From: Trypanosoma brucei | Lineage: Eukaryota | DNA length: 64,000 nt | Direction: 5' to 3' | Assembly (NCBI GenBank): GCA_000002445.1 | Contig: CP000067.1 | Coordinates: 1,408,001 to 1,472,000, forward strand | In this document: piece by piece, positions 20,794 to 33,140 of the stretch | Numbering within the stretch: position 1 is the stretch's first letter | Layout: every line of letters begins with the position of its first letter | The notes under the pieces: generated by a model | The model's database searches: none | Seen by the model: only the letters and a program-made list of their open reading frames with translations | What the model was told of the DNA's origin: nothing | Position numbers and translations under genes: made by a program

Positions 20794-21996
20794 TCAGGCC
20801 CTCTTACGCCAAAAGGGAAAAGAAGGTAGGATTTCTCTTTTCCGTCCAAGTCGGAATTCACACTGCATCGCCGCCCAATTGCTATTCAACCACATTAGCT
20901 TTGAGGGTGCCGGTGGTATTACACCTTCAGGAAAGTAGTCCATTAACATTTCGTAATCGGCTTCCTGTATGTGGTGTATCACAACAGACATGTTCCTAAC
21001 GCTCTTCTTCACACCAAACTTGCCCGCATTGTGAAAGTGACAACGACCCATCTCCACACTTATTAGGTTTCTGTACACTACCTTTTCTCTCAGTATCATT
21101 CCAACCATCACATCTTCATAGAACATGCCAAGATCAAGAAAGTCAAAATAGTCCCACATAGAAAAGGGCATGTTCACTAGACGCTCAAGAGGTTTATACG
21201 AAATGATGGCTTGTGCAGTGTCCCTGGAGAGAGTAATGCAATATCCGTTCACATATGTAAGTTGGTTACGCCGCCATATCCGGTTATAGTAGTTGTAACG
21301 ACCCATATACAAACCATGACGAGGCATTACACGAAGGTCCGCAAGGTATTTTGGAACACGAATAAATATGTCATCATCACCCTTCACAATGTAACTTACG
21401 TTAGGAAACATGTGAAGAGCAAACCGAAGCCACAAATATGTTTTCCGACTCATCGCAACCTCAGCCTCAATTCCCCAGTTTCCATTCTCACCAATCTTCT
21501 TCCGTGTGGATGGAGAGACATCATTTGTTGGTAGTGTAATAATGTCATGTGTACGTGCGGCCTCTTCCTTTAGTGAGTGTGAAATCAAATAACTGTTTGA
21601 CTGATGTGGTGCGAGAAGACATAATGGCAGGAGACTCCCACTAAAGTTGTTTGATCGTGTGGCCACGCCACTATACTTCCAGCATGTCTGTCGCTGCAAG
21701 TCACGCCGCCTGCTTCTCTCACTGTTGTCCACAGAAGGAATTCCAAGGACGGCTAGGAACCTTTGTGCCTTCCACACGGCAGCAACATTAGACGGAACGA
21801 ACATCAAATATTCACCTTCGTCTATCGGTTGTGAAACTCCAGCCTGATTTTCATCTAAAAAAGTAGATACCTCATGAATTCTATGTAAGTTGCAGCAGAT
21901 AATCAAGAGTGACATCACAAGTAGAAGTATCACTGCTATGTCTGCTGTACGTGGCCTCCTCCTCGCTTGTGTTGGTCGCATCTTCAGCGGTGACAT
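20794..21996 (-). CDS. GT31/GT67-like type-II glycosyltransferase, array copy 3 (subtype E/G/C)
   Basis: Identical to copy 2 except for the linked substitutions HRIHEVSTF / IDEGEY / LPLCLL. Confidence 0.6.
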   Translation of the reverse strand: MSPLKMRPTQARRRPRTADIAVILLLVMSLLIICCNLHRIHEVSTFLDENQAGVSQPIDEGEYLMFVPSNVAAVWKAQRFLAVLGIPSVDNSERSRRRDLQRQTCWKYSGVATRSNNFSGSLLPLCLLAPHQSNSYLISHSLKEEAARTHDIITLPTNDVSPSTRKKIGENGNWGIEAEVAMSRKTYLWLRFALHMFPNVSYIVKGDDDIFIRVPKYLADLRVMPRHGLYMGRYNYYNRIWRRNQLTYVNGYCITLSRDTAQAIISYKPLERLVNMPFSMWDYFDFLDLGMFYEDVMVGMILREKVVYRNLISVEMGRCHFHNAGKFGVKKSVRNMSVVIHHIQEADYEMLMDYFPEGVIPPAPSKLMWLNSNWAAMQCEFRLGRKREILPSFPFWRKRA

Positions 21997-22552
21997 GTCT
22001 ACAAAGAAGTTATCGAGGGAAAAACAATTTAAATTGGCAAATGCGAGAATTCGCGCAGTTGTTAGAAACACAATTAGCTGACAAATTCATGTTCATCACA
22101 ATTCAATGTAGACCGCTATGAAAGAACTCATAAAGGTCGTATGAGGCATGAGGATATACGTCCACGAGGGAGACATTTGAAATCATGAATATCTCAACAG
22201 TTATTAAACTTTACAACTTAAGTAGGACATCCACTCCCAAACTAGGCAATATTTTAAAAGTTACATTTGGGGGAAAGGGACCGTTAATCACGGTTTCGAA
22301 CGATACCCAAAAACTGTTCATAACCAAACCTCCCAGTTTTGACCGAAACGAAACGGCGTAACTGTCATGTGATCAACAAATGAGTTCCAAGGAAAAATAA
22401 TCAACGAACGGTATAGTATGCCGTCGGTTATTACACACAGACACACACACACAGAAAGTAACTAAAGTGTTTCAGGAATAGGAGTGACGCTAATACAATC
22501 CTAACAAACTATAGGGTGAGGGATCTCATAGTTCCCAAGCAACCTCAATAAT

Positions 22553-23755
22553 TCAGGCCCTCTTACGCCAAAAGGGAAAAGAAGGTAGGATTTCTCTTTT
22601 CCGTCCAAGTCGGAATTCACACTGCATCGCTGCCCAATTGCTATTCAACCACATTAGCTTTGAGGGTGCCGGTGGTATTACACCTTCAGGAAAGTAGTCC
22701 ATTAACATTTCGTAATCGGCTTCCTGTATGTGGTGTATCACAACAGACATGTTCCTAACGCTCTTCTTCACACCAAACTTGCCCGCATTGTGAAAGTGAC
22801 AACGACCCATCTCCACACTTATTAGGTTTCTGTACACTACCTTTTCTCTCAGTATCATTCCAACCATCACATCTTCATAGAACATGCCAAGATCAAGAAA
22901 GTCAAAATAGTCCCACATAGAAAAGGGCATGTTCACTAGACGCTCAAGAGGTTTATACGAAATGATGGCTTGTGCAGTGTCCCTGGAGAGAGTAATGCAA
23001 TATCCGTTCACATATGTAAGTTGGTTACGCCGCCATATCCGGTTATAGTAGTTGTAACGACCCATATACAAACCATGACGAGGCATTACACGAAGGTCCG
23101 CAAGGTATTTTGGAACACGAATAAATATGTCATCATCACCCTTCACAATGTAACTTACGTTAGGAAACATGTGAAGAGCAAACCGAAGCCACAAATATGT
23201 TTTCCGACTCATCGCAACCTCAGCCTCAATTCCCCAGTTTCCATTCTCACCAATCTTCTTCCGTGTGGATGGAGAGACATCATTTGTTGGTAGTGTAATA
23301 ATGTCATGTGTACGTGCGGCCTCTTCCTTTAGTGAGTGTGAAATCAAATAACTGTTTGACTGATGTGGTGCGAGAAGACATAATGGCAGGAGACTCCCAC
23401 TAAAGTTGTTTGATCGTGTGGCCACGCCACTATACTTCCAGCATGTCTGTCGCTGCAAGTCACGCCGCCTGCTTCTCTCACTGTTGTCCACAGAAGGAAT
23501 TCCAAGGACGGCTAGGAACCTTTGTGCCTTCCACACGGCAGCAACATTAGACGGAACGAACATCAAATATTCACCTTCGTCTATCGGTTGTGAAACTCCA
23601 GCCTGATTTTCATCTAAAAAAGTAGATACCTCATGAATTCTATGTAAGTTGCAGCAGATAATCAAGAGTGACATCACAAGTAGAAGTATCACTGCTATGT
23701 CTGCTGTACGTGGCCTCCTCCTCGCTTGTGTTGGTCGCATCTTCAGCGGTGACAT
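22553..23755 (-). CDS. GT31/GT67-like type-II glycosyltransferase, array copy 4 (subtype E/G/C)
   Basis: Shares the three linked substitutions of copy 3. Confidence 0.6.
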   Translation of the reverse strand: MSPLKMRPTQARRRPRTADIAVILLLVMSLLIICCNLHRIHEVSTFLDENQAGVSQPIDEGEYLMFVPSNVAAVWKAQRFLAVLGIPSVDNSERSRRRDLQRQTCWKYSGVATRSNNFSGSLLPLCLLAPHQSNSYLISHSLKEEAARTHDIITLPTNDVSPSTRKKIGENGNWGIEAEVAMSRKTYLWLRFALHMFPNVSYIVKGDDDIFIRVPKYLADLRVMPRHGLYMGRYNYYNRIWRRNQLTYVNGYCITLSRDTAQAIISYKPLERLVNMPFSMWDYFDFLDLGMFYEDVMVGMILREKVVYRNLISVEMGRCHFHNAGKFGVKKSVRNMSVVIHHIQEADYEMLMDYFPEGVIPPAPSKLMWLNSNWAAMQCEFRLGRKREILPSFPFWRKRA

Positions 23756-24311
23756 GTCTACAAAGAAGTTATCGACGGAAAAACAATTTAAATTGGCAAA
23801 TGCGAGAATTCGCGCAGTTGTTAGAAACACAATTAGCTGACAAATTCATGTTCATCACAATTCAATGTAGACCGCTATGAAAGAACTCATAAAGGTCGTA
23901 TGAGGCATGAGGATATACGTCCACGAGGGAGACATTTGAAATCATGAATATCTCAACAGTTATTAAACTTTACAACTTAAGTAGGACATCCACTCCCAAA
24001 CTAGGCAATATTTTAAAAGTTACATTTGGGGGAAAGGGACCGTTAATCACGGTTTCGAACGATACCCAAAAACTGTTCATAACCAAACCTCCCAGTTTTG
24101 ACCGAAACGAAACGGCGTAACTGTCATGTGATCAACAAATGAGTTCCAAGGAAAAATAATCAACGAACGGTATAGTATGCCGTCGGTTATTACACACAGA
24201 CACACACAAACAGAAAGTAACTAAAGTGTTTCAGGAATAGGAGTGACGCTAATACAATCCTAACAAACTATAGGGTGAGGGATCTCATAGTTCCCAAGCA
24301 ACCTCAATAAT

Positions 24312-25514
24312 TCAGGCCCTCTTACGCCAAAAGGGAAAAGAAGGTAGGATTTCTCTTTTCCGTCCAAGTCGGAATTCACACTGCATCGCTGCCCAATTGC
24401 TATTCAACCACATTAGCTTTGAGGGTGCCGGTGGTATTACACCTTCAGGAAAGTAGTCCATTAACATTTCGTAATCGGCTTCCTGTATGTGGTGTATCAC
24501 AACAGACATGTTCCTAACGCTCTTCTTCACACCAAACTTGCCCGCATTGTGAAAGTGACAACGACCCATCTCCACACTTATTAGGTTTCTGTACACTACC
24601 TTTTCTCTCAGTATCATTCCAACCATCACATCTTCATAGAACATGCCAAGATCAAGAAAGTCAAAATAGTCCCACATAGAAAAGGGCATGTTCACTAGAC
24701 GCTCAAGAGGTTTATACGAAATGATGGCTTGTGCAGTGTCCCTGGAGAGAGTAATGCAATATCCGTTCACATATGTAAGTTGGTTACGCCGCCATATCCG
24801 GTTATAGTAGTTGTAACGACCCATATACAAACCATGACGAGGCATTACACGAAGGTCCGCAAGGTATTTTGGAACACGAATAAATATGTCATCATCACCC
24901 TTCACAATGTAACTTACGTTAGGAAACATGTAAAGAGCAAACCGAAGCCACAAATATGTTTTCCGACTCATCGCAACCTCAGCCTCAATTCCCCAGTTTC
25001 CATTCTCACCAATCTTCTTCCGTGTGGATGGAGAGACATCATTTGTTGGTAGTGTAATAATGTCATGTGTACGTGCGGCCTCTTCCTTTAGTGAATGTGA
25101 AATCAAATAACTGTTTGACTGATGTGGTGCGAGAAGATATAATGGCAGGAGACTCCCACTAAAGTTGTTTGATCGTGTGGCCACGCCACTATACTTCCAG
25201 CATGTCTGTCGCTGCAAGTCACGCCGCCTGCTTCTCTCACTGTTGTCCACAGAAGGAATTCCAAGGACGGCTAGGAATCTTTGTGCCTTCCACACGGCAG
25301 CAACATTAGACGGAACGAACATCAAATATTCATCTTCGTCTATCGGTTGTGAAACTCCAGCCTGATTTTCATCTAAAAAAGTAGATACCACATGAATTCT
25401 ATGTAAGTTGCAGCAGATAATCAAGAGTGACATCACAAGTAGAAGTATCACTGCTATGTCTGCTGTACGTGGCCTCCTCCTCGCTTGTGTTGGTCGCATC
25501 TTCAGCGGTGACAT
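24312..25514 (-). CDS. GT31/GT67-like type-II glycosyltransferase, array copy 5 (subtype V/D/Y with a private H->Y change, FALYMFPN)
   Basis: As for copy 2, plus one private substitution. Confidence 0.6.
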   Translation of the reverse strand: MSPLKMRPTQARRRPRTADIAVILLLVMSLLIICCNLHRIHVVSTFLDENQAGVSQPIDEDEYLMFVPSNVAAVWKAQRFLAVLGIPSVDNSERSRRRDLQRQTCWKYSGVATRSNNFSGSLLPLYLLAPHQSNSYLISHSLKEEAARTHDIITLPTNDVSPSTRKKIGENGNWGIEAEVAMSRKTYLWLRFALYMFPNVSYIVKGDDDIFIRVPKYLADLRVMPRHGLYMGRYNYYNRIWRRNQLTYVNGYCITLSRDTAQAIISYKPLERLVNMPFSMWDYFDFLDLGMFYEDVMVGMILREKVVYRNLISVEMGRCHFHNAGKFGVKKSVRNMSVVIHHIQEADYEMLMDYFPEGVIPPAPSKLMWLNSNWAAMQCEFRLGRKREILPSFPFWRKRA

Positions 25515-26070
25515 GTCTACAAAGAAGTTATCGAGGGAAAAACAATTTAAATTGGCAAATGCGAGAATTCGCGCAGTTGTTAGAAACACAATTAGCTGAC
25601 AAATTCATGTTCATCACAATTCAATGTAGACCGCTATGAAAGAACTCATAAAGGTCGTATGAGGCATGAGGATATACGTCCACGAGGGAGACATTTGAAA
25701 TCATGAATATCTCAACAGTTATTAAACTTTACAACTTAAGTAGGACATCCACTCCCAAACTAGGCAATATTTTAAAAGTTACATTTGGGGGAAAGGGACC
25801 GTTAATCACGGTTTCGAACGATACCCAAAAACTGTTCATAACCAAACCTCCCAGTTTTGACCGAAACGAAACGGCGTAACTGTCATGTGATCAACAAATG
25901 AGTTCCAAGGAAAAATAATCAACGAACGGTATAGTATGCCGTCGGTTATTACACACAGACACACACAAACAGAAAGTAACTAAAGTGTTTCAGGAATAGG
26001 AGTGACGCTAATACAATCCTAACAAACTATAGGGTGAGGGATCTCATAGTTCCCAAGCAACCTCAATAAT

Positions 26071-27273
26071 TCAGGCCCTCTTACGCCAAAAGGGAAAAGA
26101 AGGTAGGATTTCTCTTTTCCGTCCAAGTCGGAATTCACACTGCATCGCTGCCCAATTGCTATTCAACCACATTAGCTTTGAGGGTGCCGGTGGTATTACA
26201 CCTTCAGGAAAGTAGTCCATTAACATTTCGTAATCGGCTTCCTGTATGTGGTGTATCACAACAGACATGTTCCTAACGCTCTTCTTCACACCAAACTTGC
26301 CCGCATTGTGAAAGTGACAACGACCCATCTCCACACTTATTAGGTTTCTGTACACTACCTTTTCTCTCAGTATCATTCCAACCATCACATCTTCATAGAA
26401 CATGCCAAGATCAAGAAAGTCAAAATAGTCCCACATAGAAAAGGGCATGTTCACTAGACGCTCAAGAGGTTTATACGAAATGATGGCTTGTGCAGTGTCC
26501 CTGGAGAGAGTAATGCAATATCCGTTCACATATGTAAGTTGGTTACGCCGCCATATCCGGTTATAGTAGTTGTAACGACCCATATACAAACCATGACGAG
26601 GCATTACACGAAGGTCCGCAAGGTATTTTGGAACACGAATAAATATGTCATCATCACCCTTCACAATGTAACTTACGTTAGGAAACATGTGAAGAGCAAA
26701 CCGAAGCCACAAATATGTTTTCCGACTCATCGCAACCTCAGCCTCAATTCCCCAGTTTCCATTCTCACCAATCTTCTTCCGTGTGGATGGAGAGACATCA
26801 TTTGTTGGTAGTGTAATAATGTCATGTGTACGTGCGGCCTCTTCCTTTAGTGAGTGTGAAATCAAATAACTGTTTGACTGATGTGGTGCGAGAAGATATA
26901 ATGGCAGGAGACTCCCACTAAAGTTGTTTGATCGTGTGGCCACGCCACTATACTTCCAGCATGTCTGTCGCTGCAAGTCACGCCGCCTGCTTCTCTCACT
27001 GTTGTCCACAGAAGGAATTCCAAGGACGGCTAGGAACCTTTGTGCCTTCCACACGGCAGCAACATTAGACGGAACGAACATCAAATATTCATCTTCGTCT
27101 ATCGGTTGTGAAACTCCAGCCTGATTTTCATCTAAAAAAGTAGATACCACATGAATTCTATGTAAGTTGCAGCAGATAATCAAGAGTGACATCACAAGTA
27201 GAAGTATCACTGCTATGTCTGCTGTACGTGGCCTCCTCCTCGCTTGTGTTGGTCGCATCTTCAGCGGTGACAT
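26071..27273 (-). CDS. GT31/GT67-like type-II glycosyltransferase, array copy 6 (subtype V/D/Y)
   Basis: Protein identical to copy 2. Confidence 0.6.
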   Translation of the reverse strand: MSPLKMRPTQARRRPRTADIAVILLLVMSLLIICCNLHRIHVVSTFLDENQAGVSQPIDEDEYLMFVPSNVAAVWKAQRFLAVLGIPSVDNSERSRRRDLQRQTCWKYSGVATRSNNFSGSLLPLYLLAPHQSNSYLISHSLKEEAARTHDIITLPTNDVSPSTRKKIGENGNWGIEAEVAMSRKTYLWLRFALHMFPNVSYIVKGDDDIFIRVPKYLADLRVMPRHGLYMGRYNYYNRIWRRNQLTYVNGYCITLSRDTAQAIISYKPLERLVNMPFSMWDYFDFLDLGMFYEDVMVGMILREKVVYRNLISVEMGRCHFHNAGKFGVKKSVRNMSVVIHHIQEADYEMLMDYFPEGVIPPAPSKLMWLNSNWAAMQCEFRLGRKREILPSFPFWRKRA

Positions 27274-27829
27274 GTCTACAAAGAAGTTATCGAGGGAAAA
27301 ACAATTTAAATTGGCAAATGCGAGAATTCGCGCAGTTGTTAGAAACACAATTAGCTGACAAATTCATGTTCATCACAATTCAATGTAGACCGCTATGAAA
27401 GAACTCATAAAGGTCGTATGAGGCATGAGGATATACGTCCACGAGGGAGACATTTGAAATCATGAATATCTCAACAGTTATTAAACTTTACAACTTAAGT
27501 AGGACATCCACTCCCAAACTAGGCAATATTTTAAAAGTTACATTTGGGGGAAAGGGACCGTTAATCACGGTTTCGAACGATACCCAAAAACTGTTCATAA
27601 CCAAACCTCCCAGTTTTGACCGAAACGAAACGGCGTAACTGTCATGTGATCAACAAATGAGTTCCAAGGAAAAATAATCAACGAACGGTATAGTATGCCG
27701 TCGGTTATTACACACAGACACACACAAACAGAAAGTAACTAAAGTGTTTCAGGAATAGGAGTGACGCTAATACAATCCTAACAAACTATAGGGTGAGGGA
27801 TCTCATAGTTCCCAAGCAACCTCAATAAT

Positions 27830-28840
27830 TCAGGCCCTCTTACGCCAAAAGGGAAAAGAAGGTAGGATTTCTCTTTTCCGTCCAAGTCGGAATTCACACT
27901 GCATCGCTGCCCAATTGCTATTCAACCACATTAGCTTTGAGGGTGCCGGTGGTATTACACCTTCAGGAAAGTAGTCCATTAACATTTCGTAATCGGCTTC
28001 CTGTATGTGGTGTATCACAACAGACATGTTCCTAACGCTCTTCTTCACACCAAACTTGCCCGCATTGTGAAAGTGACAACGACCCATCTCCACACTTATT
28101 AGGTTTCTGTACACTACCTTTTCTCTCAGTATCATTCCAACCATCACATCTTCATAGAACATGCCAAGATCAAGAAAGTCAAAATAGTCCCACATAGAAA
28201 AGGGCATGTTCACTAGACGCTCAAGAGGTTTATACGAAATGATGGCTTGTGCAGTGTCCCTGGAGAGAGTAATGCAATATCCGTTCACATATGTAAGTTG
28301 GTTACGCCGCCATATCCGGTTATAGTAGTTGTAACGACCCATATACAAACCATGACGAGGCATTACACGAAGGTCCGCAAGGTATTTTGGAACACGAATA
28401 AATATGTCATCATCACCCTTCACAATGTAACTTACGTTAGGAAACATGTGAAGAGCAAACCGAAGCCACAAATATGTTTTCCGACTCATCGCAACCTCAG
28501 CCTCAATTCCCCAGTTTCCATTCTCACCAATCTTCTTCCGTGTGGATGGAGAGACATCATTTGTTGGTAGTGTAATAATGTCATGTGTACGTGCGGCCTC
28601 TTCCTTTAGTGAGTGTGAAATCAAATAACTGTTTGACTGATGTGGTGCGAGAAGATATAATGGCAGGAGACTCCCACTAAAGTTGTTTGATCGTGTGGCC
28701 ACGCCACTATACTTCCAGCATGTCTGTCGCTGCAAGTCACGCCGCCTGCTTCTCTCACTGTTGTCCACAGAAGGAATTCCAAGGACGGCTAGGAATCTTT
28801 GTGCCTTCCACACGGCAGCAACATTAGACGGAACGAACAT
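27830..28840 (-). pseudogene. 5'-truncated terminal copy of the glycosyltransferase array. It lacks the cytosolic tail, the signal-anchor and ~64 N-terminal residues, so it is probably a relic.
   Basis: Similarity to the repeat unit stops at ~28852. The unit reads …catcttcgtctatcggttgtg… whereas this copy reads …catccttttattaaaaaatg…. The remaining ORF (336 aa, MFVPSNVAAV…) has no N-terminal hydrophobic anchor. Confidence 0.6.
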
Positions 28841-31800
28841 CAAATATTCATCCTTTTATTAAAAAATGTGTTTGTCCTTTGAGTTTCATGTAAAAAAAAA
28901 AAGAAAGACGATGACACCGTTTTTCGTAGTTGATTGTAGTGCTCCGCCATTTTCTGCAGTCTTTATTTTTGCGAAAGGGCCTTGACGGTGCCGCCTTGTT
29001 ACGTAACGCTTTTATAAAGTTCGATGTGTAAGTTTCGTTTGTGCCTACTGTTGTTTTTAGTTAAAAAAAAAAGTTATGAGAGTTGAGTGGTAACTGGTAC
29101 GACCCCTTTATTATTAGCAGGTAAAGAAAAGGCATGTTTTTTTCTTCTATTTTTTTTGTTAAACAAACCCGAACATGGTGTTAATTATGACAAATTTTCA
29201 CATATGCGGTGTGGTCGCACGATCGATCCCACAACTACCAGGCCGTGAAGGAGAAGGAGACGTTAACATCGTAAGAATATGTGTTGTTGCATTATTTATT
29301 TTTCAAAGAAATAATGGCGATTCCCCCCATAGTTACAGTTGGCTTTTGTGATTCACCCCTCACATTCACTTTTATGTACCCGATGTGCCATAAAGGTGGG
29401 ACGAATATTCATTAATTTGAAAAGTTTGTGCATGGCATATTCGACATCAAACCCTTCTTTTTTTTAAAAAAAAAACAACATCTTCCGATATGTTAATGTT
29501 AATGCTAATTTTCATTTTCATATTTTATTTTTTAAGTTGAGATGCGTTCGACGTGAATTGTTCCTCCCTCCTGCGCTAACTTTGGAGAATGTTTTGAGTA
29601 CTTTTGGAGTGTTCAGCACTTCACTGACATTCGCGGAGCATATATATATATATATTTTTTTTTTTTTATAAGAAAAAAAAAGCGCCAACTGTGGACCCCG
29701 CACTGTTTTTGCACTTCGTTCATCCGCTTTTCCATTTAAAATTCACTAATTAGAAATTTCACATAAGTCACCGGCTCTCCTTCACACGATGTAAATTTCG
29801 GTATGGCGTGGCGTGGCGTGCAGGCGTAATATTTTTTTTCCTCATTCAGTAATACATACATGAGTGCACACAAGCAAACGTATATTTTATTTTATTTTAT
29901 ATGCGAACTGTAACTCGAGACTATCTCAAGCACGAGAATATGAGGAACCTCGGTGCCTTCGCTTCCTTTTTTTTTTTATTCCCCAATAATTCTTTTGCTA
30001 TATCATGTTGTGTCACTTCCTCCTTATCTTTTTACATATGGTCGCATGGTGACAAAAAGTTTTGTAGGGAACGAATTTTTTTTTTTTTAAACAGAAGAAA
30101 AGAAAAGGAAAAAAGAAAAAGAAAAGAATGGGAAGTGACACAAGCGTCAGTTTGTACATAAAAGTTCCACGGAGGTGCGGGGGCGATATGTTAACATCAG
30201 TTCATACATTTCATAAGTGTTTTTTTTTTAGCATCGGTCCATTCATTCAATCCAGTATCAGAAAGCGAGGTAAAGATAAAGATGAAGATGAAGAAAGAAA
30301 AAAAAAGAAAAAAAAAAGAAAAAAGAATAGGGGAAGGTGGGAAGAAAAGCGGCAGCAAACTGGCGAATGGCGCGTCACTTCATTCAAGCGGATAAAATTC
30401 TCTTTTCTTATTTTGTTTTGTGTTTTTTGTTTTTGTTTTTAAAACTGTTATTAATACTTTTTCTTTACTTTACTCTTCTTTTTTACTTTATTTTATTTTG
30501 GTTCTGCTCCCCACAATATTCACCACAGTGAAGAGAAGAACACACACAAACACAAAAGAAAAAAGAAAAGAAAAGGAGACAAGAGGAGGCATTTATTTTC
30601 CTCTTTCCCTTCAGTTACGTACCGGAGGTGCAAACAAGGCGAAAAAGAAATGAAAAAAAGTATCACAATTGGCATGAAGGAACAACAACAACAAAAAAAA
30701 TTTTTAAAAAAAAGAAGAAGAAAAGGCGAATGAAAGTTTTTTTTTAAAAAAAAAGAAGAAAAAAAAGAAAAAAAAAGAGGAGGGGACAATCCACTGGGGA
30801 ATAAACAACAAAACTTACGATAGGAGAGTAAAAATAAAAAAATGAAAAAAAAGCAGAGGGTGGACATGGACAAGAGAGCGATGAATAAATTTTTTTTTAA
30901 AGAAAAAACGTGTAGAGACAATAATAATAATAATAACAATAATAGTGATTAATAACAGTATGGGGCGGGAAGAGAACCGACGGCCAAAAAGAAAAAAAAA
31001 CAAAAAACAAAAACACATGGAAACAAAAAGAAAAAAAAAGGAAAAAAGAAAAGCGAACAATCGTTTGCATAAGTTGACGTTGCATTTCATTATGCGTTCA
31101 CTACTTTTATCGTTTGCAACACTTACGCACGTCCCTGTTTCTTTTAGTCTCTTTTTTTTTAAAAAAAAAAAGAAAGAAGCGTTGCTGAGAAATATTTAAT
31201 TTACACTTCAGTAAGCAAGCGAACAAACAAAAGAAAAAAAATAACAGTAAAAGTACCATTAAATGATATCAATAATAATAATAACAATAACAATCTGATA
31301 TGATATGATATGATAACATACCAATGATAATAGCAATGATAATAAATATAAACAAAAAAATTTAAAAAGAAATTCATTGTCACCCCACTTATTTTCTTTC
31401 TATATCGTTCAATTTCTTATCACTTTCTTTTTTTTTGTTTCGTTTCTGTTGCCGCTTTCTTTTGTTTTCTTTTTTTTTTTGTTATTTCAGATCCTCCGAC
31501 GCAACTGCCAGTCTGGCGCTACATTTTCTTCAATTCCTCATCCTTTTTTGGTGTCAGACCTCGCTACTTTTTAACTTCGCCTCGCAAACTCCCACTAGCT
31601 ATTCATCTTTATTTATTTTTATTTTATTTATTTTATTTTCTTTTCGCCTCAAACGTCTCTTCGGGTTTCCACTCCTTCCTCTTCTATAAATAAATATAAA
31701 TATAAATAAAAATATATAAATATATAAATATATAAATTCTCTTCAGTGGAATAACCAAGCAGCAGATATTGAAGTTAATACATACCCTGACGGCCCCCAT

Positions 31801-32146
31801 ATACCCGCACACATATAAATATAAATAAATAAATAAATAATATAAATATAATGATGGAACAAGTGAAGTAAAGAAACAAACAAACAAACAAGAAAAGAAA
31901 CGACAGCTAAACGCACAATAAAAATCGCAACAAAAAAAAAAAGAAGAAAAGAGACGTCCATTTGCTTCACCACTTCGTTTCCCCTCCTTTCTTTTCTTTT
32001 TTCCTTTTCTTTTCCTCTTTTTTTTTTTCGGTGTGGTGGGGGGTGGGGAGGTTTATTTGACTTGACGTAACGGAGGAAAAAAAAAACAATGCGGGAACAA
32101 CTTCACGTGTACTTTGTCAAAAATATTTGAGGGTACAACGACGACA

Positions 32147-32199
<53 letters not shown>
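32147..32199. repeat. (AAT)17 trinucleotide microsatellite
   Basis: Read directly from the sequence. It produces a spurious poly-Leu ORF on the minus strand. Confidence 0.9.
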
Positions 32200-32205
<6 letters not shown>

Positions 32206-33140
32206 CAAAACGCAGCAGCTAAATGAAGTATGAAACGAGCCGAAACAAACCAAACCGAACCGAAACAACAACAACAACAACACCATCAATAACTGTAACT
32301 ATAACTATATAATAATAATAGTAATATCAACAAAAATAATAAACAATAATAGTTGTAACAGAAACATTGATATTGAGGTCGTTTTGGATCAACCGAAACA
32401 AAACATAACAACAAAAAAAAAGACAGAAAAGTAGACATATATGAACGCACCTATCGCATGTGAGTTCAGTGCTTTGAATATTTAATGGGTTCAGTTTCTG
32501 CAATTTACTTTCCTCATTTTATTCATACAAAAAAAAAAAATGTCTTTCCATTCGAATTTTTTTTCTATTTTCTTCCTTTATGATTACTCCTACATTTACA
32601 ATTTACCTTTAACTTTTTCTTTCTGTTGTTGTTTCTAAGCTTCAGTTGATTGACTTCTTCATCTCGATACACCGTTTCTTGTTGTTGTTGTTTTCCCCCC
32701 TCTTCCTCTCCTATTCCTTTCCCTTTCCCTTTTCCTTTCCCTTTTCCTCTTACTTTTACAATTATTATTATTAATATTATTATTATTCCTCATTTCCCTA
32801 TATATATATATATATATATATTGTTCCTTCCTGCAGTATTAGCCACACGTTCGAATCACTTTCATCTCTAATTTCATTGGTTTTTCATTTCCCCCCCCCG
32901 CCCGCCGCCTCTCGCCGTTTCTTTTTTTTTTCCTTTTTTCTTTAAATTTCCTAACTTAAATTTTCGTTGTTTAACGGTGTTTATCTTTTTTTTCTTTTCC
33001 TTTCTTTTTCTTCTTAAAATTTATATTCACCTCCTTCTTTCGCTAAGTTGCTAAAAGTAAGTGAAGTGTCACAGACTCGACAGGCGGGTCTCTCCCTTTT
33101 TTTCTTTTTTTTTTGTTTTTCCATTCGCTTCTCTCTGATA

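Larger units (their letters stand above)
17330..28852 (-). repeat. Head-to-tail tandem gene array with a 1759-bp unit (coding ~1.28 kb plus a ~0.48-kb spacer): five full units, a divergent copy at one edge and a truncated copy at the other
   Basis: ORF starts recur at exactly 1759-bp intervals (18553, 20312, 22071, 23830, 25589, 27348). Spacers are near-identical. The array ends abruptly at ~28852, where similarity to the unit is lost. Confidence 0.95.

Noticed and set aside
17693-28570. Repeated (+) strand ORFs of 107, 66, 63 and 70 aa recurring every 1759 bp inside the glycosyltransferase units
   Set aside because: They lie antisense to the conserved GT coding sequence and recur only because the unit is repeated. 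They have no motifs, and every neighbouring gene is on the minus strand.
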